This document shows, piece after piece, positions 38,796-47,982 of a stretch of 64,000 nucleotides of DNA. The position numbers were made by a program, and so were the translations under genes. The notes beneath the pieces were generated by a model. That model searched no databases and was not told where the DNA came from. It saw only the letters and a list, made by a program, of their open reading frames with translations. Source of the stretch: Spirochaetia bacterium (GTDB lineage Bacteria > Spirochaetota > Spirochaetia > DSM-16054 > Sediminispirochaetaceae); the NCBI GenBank assembly GCA_034520965.1, contig JAXHMY010000005.1, positions 1 to 64,000 on the forward strand. The letters are read 5' to 3'. Numbering within the stretch: position 1 is the first letter of the stretch; every line of letters starts with the position of its first letter.

Positions 38796-39479
38796 CTATA
38801 CCTCCGGTTTTACAAGCATATGAGTTGTCCCGTTGATAAGCAGGGCAACTGTCATCAGAATGAGTCCCAGAGACAGCCCCAGCTCGAAATTCCCCTTGCT
38901 CGTTTCCAGGGCAATAGTGGTAGTCATGGTTCTGGTATACCAGCGGATGTTCCCGCCCAGCATCATCGAGACGCCGACTTCTCCAATTACACGGCCGAAT
39001 CCGGCGAGGACGGCAGAAATTATTACGAATCTGGCCTCGGTCAATGAAGCCCGGAGAATATCGGCTTTCCGGGCCGCAAGGGTAATGAGGGTCTCGTGGA
39101 AACGTGGGTCGAGCTTTGAAAGGCCGGAATACACCAGTGAGGTGAGGATCGGCGATGCCAGAATTACCTGCCCGATGATTATTCCGGAGGGATTAAAGAG
39201 GAGATTGAGCTGGCCGAGAGGCCCGGACCTTGAGATAAAAGAGAACACCAGCAGCCCGATCACCACCGTCGGCAGGGCCATCAGGGCATGGAGGATCGAT
39301 ACAAGTGCCCGTTTCAAGGGGAATGAATAGAAGTGCAGCAGAATACCCAGGGGGATGCTGATGAACGAGGCAATTAAAATTGAAATGAGGGAAAATCGCA
39401 AAGAGGTAAGGGCGATAAAGTAGAGCTCCTTATCGCCCGATAAAATGAGACTGAGCGCCTCTGCAAATACGGTATCCAT
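38796..39479 (-). CDS. tupB: Tungstate ABC permease
   Basis: LMALPTVVIGL, SRSGPLG, GFGRVIGEVG.SMMLGGNI...TRTMTTTIALET.KG. Confidence 0.92.
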   Translation of the reverse strand: MDTVFAEALSLILSGDKELYFIALTSLRFSLISILIASFISIPLGILLHFYSFPLKRALVSILHALMALPTVVIGLLVFSFISRSGPLGQLNLLFNPSGIIIGQVILASPILTSLVYSGLSKLDPRFHETLITLAARKADILRASLTEARFVIISAVLAGFGRVIGEVGVSMMLGGNIRWYTRTMTTTIALETSKGNFELGLSLGLILMTVALLINGTTHMLVKPEV

Positions 39480-39480
39480 C

Positions 39481-40353
39481 TTATTCTGCATCCGGCAGTG
39501 CGTCCGGATAGAACAGTTGTTCACCTGCCTTCTTAAAATCGCCGATTAGCTGCTGTGCTTTTTTGCCGACCATCCAGTTTACCAAGGCCATTGCCCCCTC
39601 GTAGTTGATGTGGTCATGGAGTTCGGGATTCACAGAGATAATGCCGTAGGGGTTGTAGAGCAGGGGATCTCCCTCGAAGAGGATCTGCGTTTTGAGCGTG
39701 TCCTGCATTGCGATGAAGGAGCCTCTATCGGCCAGGGTGTATCCGCCCATATCGTTGCTTATGGTAATAACAGCTCCCATCCCCTGGCCTGCCTCTTTGT
39801 ACCACTGGCCCGCCGGTTCGATACCCGCCCTCTGCCAAAGACTCTGTTCTTTGAAGTGAGTTCCGGAATTGTCTCCCCGGGAGACAAAGTTAGCTTCGGC
39901 GGCGGCAATTTTTCCCAGGGCTTCCGCAGCTGTCTCTGAAGCACCCACTTCGGCGGGATCCTTCTTAGGACCGAGGATGATAAAATCGTTGTGCATTACA
40001 TCTTTCCGATGTACCCCGTATCCCCCTCGAGCAAATTTATCTTCTTTGTCCCTGGCGTGGACCAGCACTACATCAACATCGCCACTCTCTCCAAGTTTCA
40101 GGGCGGCCCCGGTTCCTACCGCTATTACATCTACCTGGTAAGCGGTGTCGGCCCTAAATTCAGGAAGCAAGTAGGCCAACAGACCGCTGTTTTCAGTACT
40201 GGTGGTGGTGGCCAATTTAATGCGCTGAGCCTTTTCAGTTTCGGGGGATTGCTGTTGTTCCGAGGACTCTTGGGAACCTGAGGCTCCCAGATGCGTGATT
40301 CCAACTAGCCCAATTAGGACCAGAAGTACAAGTACGATACTTCGCTTGATCAT
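39481..40353 (-). CDS. tupA: Tungstate-binding protein
   Basis: LATTTSTENSGLL (TupA TTTS motif), VGTGAAL, VHA, FVSRGDNSGTH, NPY. Confidence 0.93.
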   Translation of the reverse strand: MIKRSIVLVLLVLIGLVGITHLGASGSQESSEQQQSPETEKAQRIKLATTTSTENSGLLAYLLPEFRADTAYQVDVIAVGTGAALKLGESGDVDVVLVHARDKEDKFARGGYGVHRKDVMHNDFIILGPKKDPAEVGASETAAEALGKIAAAEANFVSRGDNSGTHFKEQSLWQRAGIEPAGQWYKEAGQGMGAVITISNDMGGYTLADRGSFIAMQDTLKTQILFEGDPLLYNPYGIISVNPELHDHINYEGAMALVNWMVGKKAQQLIGDFKKAGEQLFYPDALPDAE

Positions 40354-40359
40354 GTTATT

Positions 40360-40452
40360 CTCCTTTCCAAACACGGGAGGTCGGTGTATTTCTTCACCGG
40401 CCCATCGGCCTGTTACCTTAGGCAAGTTACCCTTAGGTATACGGCTCGGAGT
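40360..40452 (-). ncRNA. Moco-class riboswitch (P3-less, W-cofactor-type variant) containing the tupA RBS
   Basis: CUCCGAGCC...CCUAAGG...UAAGGU...GGC-cgau-GGGCCGGUGAA-GAAA-UACACCGACCU-CCCGUGUUUGGAAAGGAG, ending 6 nt before the ATG. Confidence 0.88.
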
Positions 40453-40465
40453 TTTTTTAAGAACA

Positions 40466-40538
40466 TTGTCCTTAGAACGTTGTCCTTAGAACGTTGTCCT
40501 TAGAACGTTGTCCTTAGAACGTTGTCCTTAGAACGTTG
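40466..40538. repeat. 14-bp tandem repeat TTGTCCTTAGAACG x5
   Basis: Units at 40466, 40480, 40494, 40508 and 40522. Confidence 0.95.
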
Positions 40539-40568
40539 AGGATAGCCGGGGCCAAGGTAGTGTGTCAA
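40539..40568 (-). promoter_or_regulatory. Candidate tupABC promoter TTGACA-18-TATCCT
   Basis: -35 at 40568-40563; -10 at 40544-40539. Confidence 0.55.
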
Positions 40569-40653
40569 GGAAAAATTGGAGTGGAAGTTGGAGTGCTGGA
40601 ATAACAGAAAGAATCATATTGACTACACAAACTTAGGCCAGTAAACTAATTAT

Positions 40654-40881
40654 ATGAAGACCATAAACACTCATGAAGCAAAAACTCATCTTTCCCGAAT
40701 TCTGGAGGAAGTGGAAAAGGGGGAAGTCTACATTATAAGCCGGAACGGGGTGCCTGTGGCAGAGCTTCGAAAGCGTTCGAATCGGCCCCGGAGCAAGACA
40801 GACCCTGTTCTTTCCAGGTTGCAGATCAACTATGATCCTCTGGAGGATCTGGATGAGGAAGAGTGGGGTAACATTGAATGA
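40654..40881 (+). CDS. Phd/YefM-family antitoxin
   Basis: INTHEAKTHLSRILEEVEKGEVYIISRNGVPVAEL. Confidence 0.92.
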   Translation: MKTINTHEAKTHLSRILEEVEKGEVYIISRNGVPVAELRKRSNRPRSKTDPVLSRLQINYDPLEDLDEEEWGNIE

Positions 40882-40951
40882 TTATCCTAAAAGTCCGGTA
40901 GTAACTGCAGACCGCCGCTTCGCCGAATACGGGATCCAGGTGCTGCTCTAA
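40878..40951 (+). pseudogene. VapC PIN toxin with almost all of the interior deleted
   Basis: ATGA overlap gives MIIL; another frame gives PVVTADRRFAEYGIQVLL*, a typical PIN C-terminus. Confidence 0.7.
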
Positions 40952-41083
40952 CGGGGTGTACCGACCTTGTATAATTAAGAGATTATGGGTAAAAAAGGAA
41001 AGATGAAATATTCTAAAATAATCGGTGTATAAGCATATGTACAGTACTTATGTTGAAGGTCGCGCCCCCACAAGGAGTTCTAC

Positions 41084-42346
41084 ATGCTGTTGTTTGAAAA
41101 ACCGCTCTACCGGCTGATGGCGGCCAGTTTGGGAGTGTTCGCACTGGTCGGTCTGCTGAGTGACGGTTTTGCCGGGTCCCTGCAGGGCTTTATCCGTTTG
41201 CAGCAGCATCCGGCCCGACTGATAAACGACTTTACCGTGGTGGGCGGCATCGGCGGGGCTATGCTGAACGCCGTCCTGATGGGCCTTATAGCGCTGCTTA
41301 TTATCCGCATCAATAATATTCGGCTCTCCGGGCCAACTGTGGCCGCGATTTTTACCATCATCGGCTTCAGTCTGTTTGGCAAGACCCCGCTCAACGCCCT
41401 TCCGGTGATAGCTGGGGTGTATCTGGCGGCCAAGCTGGTGGGAAAGTCGTTTAAGAGCTACATCCTGATTGCTTTGTTCGGCACGGCCATGGGCCCGCTG
41501 GTGACCTTTCTGGTGTATGAGGCGGGGTTTACAGGGCCCGCGGCGCTGTTGATGGGAATGGCGGGCGGCTTGGCCGCGGGGCTGCTGTTGCCTGCAGTGG
41601 CGGTGGCTATGCTCAAGCTGCACGAGGGCTACAATATTTACAACATCGGCTTTACCAGCGGTTTCATTGGGTTGTTCGCTGCTGCTCTTCTGGCCGCCGG
41701 AGGGCGGGATATCGACATCCGGGTAATATGGAACGACCAGCCCTCGATACAGCTTATCCTGCTGGTCCCTGTGCTGTGTTTTCTGTTTATCGGCTGGGGA
41801 GTTGCGATGGACCGCACGCAAACCCTTAGGAATTTTAAAAAAATCTTAAAGCAGACCGGCCGCTTGCCCTCCGACTTCATGGAGATAGCTTCTCCCGGTT
41901 CGGCCCTGGTCAATGCGGGGCTGCTGGGGCTGGCAGCCTGTGCCTACCTGCTGCTTGTCGGTGCCGATTTTAACGGGCCGATTATAGGGGGGCTGCTTAC
42001 GGTTATAGGCTTTGCCACTTTTGGAAAACACCTTAAAAACTGCTGGCCCGTGGCGCTGGGTGTAATTGCGGCCACCCTGCTGTTTGGAAAGTCGCTTACC
42101 GCCCCCGGCCCTGTACTGGCACTGCTGTTCGGCACCACCCTGGCGCCCCTGGCCGGAGAGTTCGGCATGTATGTCGGCTTTGCCGCCGGGTTTACCCACC
42201 TGCTGATTGTAGAGCGAACCGCTGCCTGGCACGGAGGCCTTGATCTGTACAACAACGGCTTTGCCGGCGGACTCACAGCAACCTTCTTTGTGGCTATTAT
42301 TGAATGGATAGATTCTAATAGAAAAAGCAATTCGAATTTTAGATAG
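41084..42346 (+). CDS. DUF1576 membrane protein
   Basis: Internal duplication: TIIGFSLFGK/TVIGFATFGKH, ALFGTAMGP/LLFGTTLAP, HEGYNIYNIGF/HGGLDLYNNGF. Confidence 0.88.
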   Translation: MLLFEKPLYRLMAASLGVFALVGLLSDGFAGSLQGFIRLQQHPARLINDFTVVGGIGGAMLNAVLMGLIALLIIRINNIRLSGPTVAAIFTIIGFSLFGKTPLNALPVIAGVYLAAKLVGKSFKSYILIALFGTAMGPLVTFLVYEAGFTGPAALLMGMAGGLAAGLLLPAVAVAMLKLHEGYNIYNIGFTSGFIGLFAAALLAAGGRDIDIRVIWNDQPSIQLILLVPVLCFLFIGWGVAMDRTQTLRNFKKILKQTGRLPSDFMEIASPGSALVNAGLLGLAACAYLLLVGADFNGPIIGGLLTVIGFATFGKHLKNCWPVALGVIAATLLFGKSLTAPGPVLALLFGTTLAPLAGEFGMYVGFAAGFTHLLIVERTAAWHGGLDLYNNGFAGGLTATFFVAIIEWIDSNRKSNSNFR

Positions 42347-42464
42347 TGCAATGCACTATCTAAAATTCGAATGCCTCTATACGTTTAGAGTTGCAAAATT
42401 GTGCTAAGAAAATGAAGCAAATTCAAAATTTGAAAGTTCATAAACTTCCAAATTTTGAATTGCT
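42330..42464. repeat. Two related long AT-rich palindromes
   Basis: Perfect 21-bp arms at 42330-42350 and 42352-42372; near-perfect hairpin at about 42417-42464. Confidence 0.85.
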
Positions 42465-42483
42465 GTAACCAAAAGGAAAAGAG

Positions 42484-42855
42484 ATGAAAAAAGACTACAT
42501 ACTGCACTTAATAAGTGAAATTTCCAACTACATTTTAGAGTCCGACCCCTCGCGAATGGTGATATCCCTGCATCAGGAGTCCGACGGACTGCACCTGGCT
42601 GTCTTCGATGATCATGAACGATCGGATGAGGATATAGAGGATATCTCAAAAGCCCTTAATACCGGCGCCAGGCCGGAGCTCTCCGAGTATTACGGCTCTA
42701 TGGGGGGGACGGACCTGGTGGGAGCGGCCAGACTCAACTTGATCGGATGGCAGATCAAGCGGGCCGATGTAAGCAGAATCGACAAGGGCACTCAGATCGA
42801 CCTGTGGATAGGCAGCAACCGCTTCGATTCATCCAAGTTTAACATCCCCGACTAA
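42484..42855 (+). CDS. Hypothetical protein
   Basis: 123 aa with RBS; co-oriented with the DUF1576 gene. Confidence 0.65.
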   Translation: MKKDYILHLISEISNYILESDPSRMVISLHQESDGLHLAVFDDHERSDEDIEDISKALNTGARPELSEYYGSMGGTDLVGAARLNLIGWQIKRADVSRIDKGTQIDLWIGSNRFDSSKFNIPD

Positions 42856-42878
42856 AGGCCGCCGAAAAGCCGCCGGCA

Positions 42879-45466
42879 CTACACTGACGGCGTGGGCTGA
42901 GCAGGAGGCCAGAGGTACACGGTCAGGCCGGCGGCGGCATAACACAGGGCAGCCGCGGTAAGGGTAGCCGGAAAACCGGCTTCCATCGATATCAGCACCG
43001 CCAGAGGCCCGGCGGCCACCGAGCTAAAACCGTTAATTCCCCAGGCCCAGGGAACCATATCCGGGGCCCCGGCGCTGAGTATTCCCATTCCCGAAGGCAG
43101 CATCCAACCCATGAAGAACGAGGGCAGGGCCAGTATCAAAAGACCAATACAGTAGCGTATTACCAGGGGAAATCCGAACAACAGGTCTACCAATGGGTCA
43201 AGCAGAAAGAGCAGTCCTACTATCAAAAGCACCACTATTGCAGCTGCGGTTTTTATCCGCCGGCCCGGCGGAAGGGGGATGCGCCCCTGCAGGGAGCTTC
43301 CCGCCCCGGCACACAGCAGAATGGCGGTAATTACCGCCGAAGCGCTGTAGATGGGGTCTCCCAGAAACAAGCCGAGCTTCTGAATCATCACCATCTCTAA
43401 AAACATAAACCCGAAGCCTATGGCCCCGAAATGCAGCAGCACCGGCAGCCGGTAGGCTTTGGGCGACTCCTGCAGTCCCTTTAGGCTTCGCCCACGCCGT
43501 ATCCACAGGGGCAGGAGTATCAGCACAAAGGCAACCAAAACTATTTCCAGCAGGGTCAGCATCAGCACCACATAGCCAAGTTCCATCCGCTGCAGGAACT
43601 TCCCCTCGTAGCTGCGGATAAACTGCCCGAGGCTGTCCCACTTAAAAAAGTTATAAAAATAGGGTTTTTGGTCGGTAGGCGGGCGGATGTTGTAGGGCCA
43701 GGATTCAAACAGCTCTTCCCGGTTTCCCTCGGTCAATTGCATGGCCCCGTGGTGGTAGTAGGAATAGGACGCGCCCGGCGGGCCGTCTATCCGGTTGCGC
43801 TGTTCTAACCGCTCCGACTCGATTCCGGGATAGTACTCGATATCCATTCCCAGCTCCCGGCTCTCCCGGCGAAGCGCGTCAATAGCGGCCGTGTCAAAGG
43901 GGTCGGCAGACACCATGGTGGTGACGGCCAGGTAGTTGCGGGCCTGCAGAAGGTGCTTCCGGGGCTCAGCGACACCCATCTGCTCCAGGGCATCCAGAAA
44001 CAGGGCAAAGATTTTTAGGTTGTCCCGGGGCGGAGACTGGATTCCCCGGGTGATGGATACTACTCCCTCTGGCTTAAGAAGAGCCAGGCAGCCGACAATA
44101 CCCTCCCGGTTCACCAGGTAGTCCTCATGGAGGGACTGCATCCCGCCGCCGGCAGCGGGCATTCCCTCCGCCGAAACAAGCTGAATTACATCATAGCGCT
44201 GCTTGCCGCGGCGCTCGAGAAACAGGCGGGGAGGCTGTACCACCGTCTCCACCCCGGGGAGGGTAAAAACACCGCCACCGGCGCTGCGCAAGGGTCCCTT
44301 GAGCCCGTCAATCAGCATTTCGCTGGGCTGCACCACGGTAAACTGTTCTATTCCGAACCGCCGGCCCAGCCAGATGTTGGTGCCGCCCACCTCTCCCAGC
44401 AGAAGGGCTCGCGGAGCAGAAACCTCGCCACTCCTGAGCTCTCCGACCTCCCGCCGCGAGCGCACAAGCCGGTAGGCAAGTGACTGGGGGGTAGAGTCCA
44501 TGATCCGGGCACCCCTGTTCTCCTCAATTTGAAAAATGGTGCCCGCCGGCTCTCCGTCGTAGAGTACCGCCAGCTGGGGGGGCGCCATTACCCCCGCCTC
44601 GGGACCGGCAAACAGGGTCTGGTGCAGCGACTTTGCCTCGTACACGTCCAGTCGCATTCGGGGCGAGTCGCCGGAAAGAACCTTCTCGGCATCTCCCTGG
44701 TGCTCCAGGCGGCGGAGCTGGGCCAGGGTCTTGTACTGGCCCATCCCCATCTCCGCCGGCAACTGCAGGGCGACCGCCGCCAGACCTAGGACAAGCAGCA
44801 GCGAGAAAATCTGCTCCGGTAAGCGCACTTGCGGGGCTTCCTGGCGGGGTGCCTGCCGATGTTCCTGGCGGTGCGTCCCCTTTCCCACCAGCAGCAGCCA
44901 CAACAGCTGGGCAGCGAGGGCTACCACTACTGTCGAGAGGGGCAGCAGTGACGGAGGCAGGAAGTGGAATACCGCCAGGGCACCCACGCCCCGATGCCGC
45001 TGCCGAACAGATTGACCCCGTAGAGCACCGGGATCTGACGCTTGAAATAGCTGAGGCTCAGGCCGATGCACACCGCTCCAAAAAAGAAGGGCAAGAACAA
45101 CAGCAGATTGTACAGAAGCAAGAGCGCGAATTGCCCGCCGCTGTAGAAGATGTAGCGGATATCGATAGGCAGCAGCCGGGAGAGGCTGTAGGAGAGGGGG
45201 ATGGACAGGCTGAAGAAGAACAGGAAGCGGTAGGACCACACTTCGAAGCGCCGGGCAAGCTTTTCAAAGGCAAAGGTGAGGAAGGTGCCGCTAACCCCGA
45301 AGCCCAGTAGGGCGGTACTGATAACCAGATACGAGAAGTGGTAGTTGCGGGTCACCGACAGGGCCCGCATGTAAAACAGCTGCAGGGCGATCAGGGCGAA
45401 GGAAACTAAAAACACCGTCACCGCCGTGGCGGCAGTAAAGCCCGTACTGGGTCTCCTGCTGGACAT
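42879..45466 (-). CDS. Spermidine-synthase-like integral membrane protein with SAM-methyltransferase-fold domain (frameshift near 44985)
   Basis: ISTALLGFGVSG, LYGVNLFGSGIG, YDVIQL, RPPTDQKPYF, GFGFMFLE, VPWAWGINGFSSV. Confidence 0.8.
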
Positions 45467-45467
45467 G

Positions 45468-46262
45468 CTAACTCTGCGCCTCGCCGGTAAAGGGGACAAA
45501 GCGCACCGGCATCAGCCGCTCGGTGCGCACCTCGCCGGAGGCCTCCTTTTCCACCAGCATCAGGGTCTGCACCTCATACACCCCACCGATGGGGATAACC
45601 ATCCGTCCGTCGGGCTTGAGCTGCTCCAGCAGGGGAGGGGGAATGTGTCCGGCCGCGGCGGCTACAATAATCGCATCGAAGGGGGCGTACTGCTCCCAGC
45701 CGTAATACCCGTCCCCCTGTTTTACCTTTACCTCGCTGTAGCCATTTTGGGCAAGGTTTTCCTGCGCCCAGGAGGCCAGCTCATCGATTATCTCGATACT
45801 GTACACATCGTTGCTAATCTCGGCCAGCACCGCCGCCTGGTAGCCGCTGCCCGTTCCAATTTCCAGCACCCGGTCTCCGGGCTTCAGCTCGAGCATTTCG
45901 GTCATGTAGGCTACAATGTAGGGCTGGCTGATAGTCTGACCCTGTCCGATGGGCAGGGGTTTGTCCGCATAGGCCCGGGATCGGTCTCCCTTGCGCACAA
46001 AACCGTGGCGGGGCACCCTGCGCATTGCCTCAAGCACCTCCGGGTCCTCGATTCCTCGACCGGCGATATCCTGCTGTACCATTCTGCGGCGCTCTTCGTG
46101 CATTTCCCCGGAAACCTCTGCAGAATCGGTTGAAGTGGGCTGCTCCGGCTCTTCGGCTTTCTGCTTTTCCGGCTGCCCTCCCGCCGGCAGGGCCACCTCT
46201 GCGGCAAAACTCAAGCAAAGGGCCGCCAGGCTTATACTGAGTCCTCTGTTCAGTAGTCCCAT
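45468..46262 (-). CDS. pcm: Protein-L-isoaspartate O-methyltransferase with N-terminal signal-like extension
   Basis: [61 protein letters not shown]. Confidence 0.93.
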   Translation of the reverse strand: MGLLNRGLSISLAALCLSFAAEVALPAGGQPEKQKAEEPEQPTSTDSAEVSGEMHEERRRMVQQDIAGRGIEDPEVLEAMRRVPRHGFVRKGDRSRAYADKPLPIGQGQTISQPYIVAYMTEMLELKPGDRVLEIGTGSGYQAAVLAEISNDVYSIEIIDELASWAQENLAQNGYSEVKVKQGDGYYGWEQYAPFDAIIVAAAAGHIPPPLLEQLKPDGRMVIPIGGVYEVQTLMLVEKEASGEVRTERLMPVRFVPFTGEAQS

Positions 46263-46514
46263 GGCACATCCTCCTCAGTTTAAAGTATGGAACCCACCGG
46301 GCGGTTCATGCAAGGCGCCGGTTCATTTTTTATTATAGATGCTCTTCCATTAGCTGCAAGGCCGGTGGACAGCCGGAGGGGCTTGTGGTGTAGAGGCTTA
46401 TTTACACGCCGACCCGCAGCTTACTCGGCGGCGCTGCAGCACAGCCGGGGTTCTCTGCCCTCCGGGCCGGTGTCTAAGGGATAAGCATTTTTATATAGAT
46501 ATACCAAAGAAGGC

Positions 46515-47144
46515 TCAGCGTTTTGCGGCGGCCTGTTCGGCGGCTGCCTCGGCATCGTATAAGGCTTGATTTATGCGGCGGGCGGCTTTAGCCCGGTCCA
46601 GACCGGCCAGATCTTTGATCGGTTCGCCGTAGTGAATAACAATCCTGCTGCCCGGCAAGGGAATCTCGAACTTATCCCAGGAGTGGGCAAAGGTGTATTT
46701 CCAGGAGGCTTTTATACCCACCGGGATAATGGGCAGACCGCTGCGCTGCTGCAGCATCACAGCTCCCAGCTTGATCTGCTTAGGCGGACCCTGGGGGCCG
46801 TCGGGGGTTATTACCACTCGAACCTCCTGTGCAAGCAGTTTCAGCATGGTTCGCAGCGAACTAAGCGCGCCGTCGGTGCTGGAGCCGCTGACTACCCTCC
46901 AGCCGAGCCGTTCTAGAGTCCGGCTGATGATCCGCCCTTTGCGGCTGACCCCGGCCAGGGCGGTGTAGCGGGAGGGGGCCCGATTTATTGCTAGAATCCA
47001 CAGATAACAGTGCCATGCAAGTAAAAGCCCACCCCCGGCGATTGCCTCATCCGCGGGGGGCCGGTTTATTTCCCGAACCCGGTAGGTGAGGCGTATAATT
47101 CGCATGAGTTTCTCTAGTATCCATGGATAGTATCTGTCCAGCAC
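46515..47144 (-). CDS. DUF374 / lysophospholipid acyltransferase-like protein
   Basis: LAWH, VSGSS, ITPDGPQGP, SWDKFEIPLPGS. Confidence 0.85.
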   Translation of the reverse strand: MLDRYYPWILEKLMRIIRLTYRVREINRPPADEAIAGGGLLLAWHCYLWILAINRAPSRYTALAGVSRKGRIISRTLERLGWRVVSGSSTDGALSSLRTMLKLLAQEVRVVITPDGPQGPPKQIKLGAVMLQQRSGLPIIPVGIKASWKYTFAHSWDKFEIPLPGSRIVIHYGEPIKDLAGLDRAKAARRINQALYDAEAAAEQAAAKR

Positions 47145-47157
47145 TGTAGTCGGCTAT

Positions 47158-47892
47158 TCAGTCTTTGTGCCGGCCGGCGTTCACATCGATTATCTCGCCG
47201 GAGACAAAATCATTCTCTAATAGATAAATGATGGTGTGGGCAATCTCCTCGGGTGTGGCGATCCGGCCAAAGGGGGTGAGTTTTGCCAACTTCTCCTTGA
47301 CCTCGGGGCTGATAAGCTCGGTGTCTACCGGGCCGGGGGCTACTGCATTTACGGTTACCTCCGGTGCCAATTCGTTCGCCATGGAGAAGGTCATGCTGCT
47401 CAGGCCGCCCTTGGTGGCCGCATAGTGGGGGCCGAGTTTTCCGCCCATCTTGGCGGCGATGGAGGAGAGGTTTACAATCTTGCCCCTGTTTTTCCGCAGC
47501 TCGTCTACCGAAGCCTTTACACAGTAAAAGGCGCTGGTCAGGTTGCTGTCCAGCACGTTTTTCCACTCGTCCATGGAGATCTCCTCGATCGTGGTATTAT
47601 CTCCATTAACTCCTGCGCTGTTTATCAGGATATCTATACCCCCCAGGGCCTGCTTGATTTCACCCACCAGCCGTTGTACTTCGGGCCACTTGCGCAGGTC
47701 CGCGCCGAAGGCTGCCGCCGTAACCCCATGTTTTTGGGCCTGCTCGACTATTTTTTGGGCCTTATCCTTATGTGAGTGATACACCACCGCCACATCGGCC
47801 CCTTTTTTCGCCAATGCAAGGGCTGTAGCGGCGCCTATCCCGCGGCTGCCGCCGGTAATTACTGCTCGTTTTCCTTTTAGCTCCATGTTCAT
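47158..47892 (-). CDS. FabG-like short-chain dehydrogenase
   Basis: TGGSRGIG, NSAG, YAATK, VNAVAPG. Confidence 0.9.
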   Translation of the reverse strand: MNMELKGKRAVITGGSRGIGAATALALAKKGADVAVVYHSHKDKAQKIVEQAQKHGVTAAAFGADLRKWPEVQRLVGEIKQALGGIDILINSAGVNGDNTTIEEISMDEWKNVLDSNLTSAFYCVKASVDELRKNRGKIVNLSSIAAKMGGKLGPHYAATKGGLSSMTFSMANELAPEVTVNAVAPGPVDTELISPEVKEKLAKLTPFGRIATPEEIAHTIIYLLENDFVSGEIIDVNAGRHKD

Positions 47893-47982
47893 ACTCCTTA
47901 CTTATAGGATAAATACGGACAATTTTATAGTCAAACTTGAGTGCTGAGGGGGAGCCGGCAGCGGGGCTGCCGGCGGGCGGTT

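Noticed and set aside
40466..40538. Possible CRISPR array or iterons
   Set aside because: Spacerless 14-bp tandem repeat; no cas or rep gene nearby.
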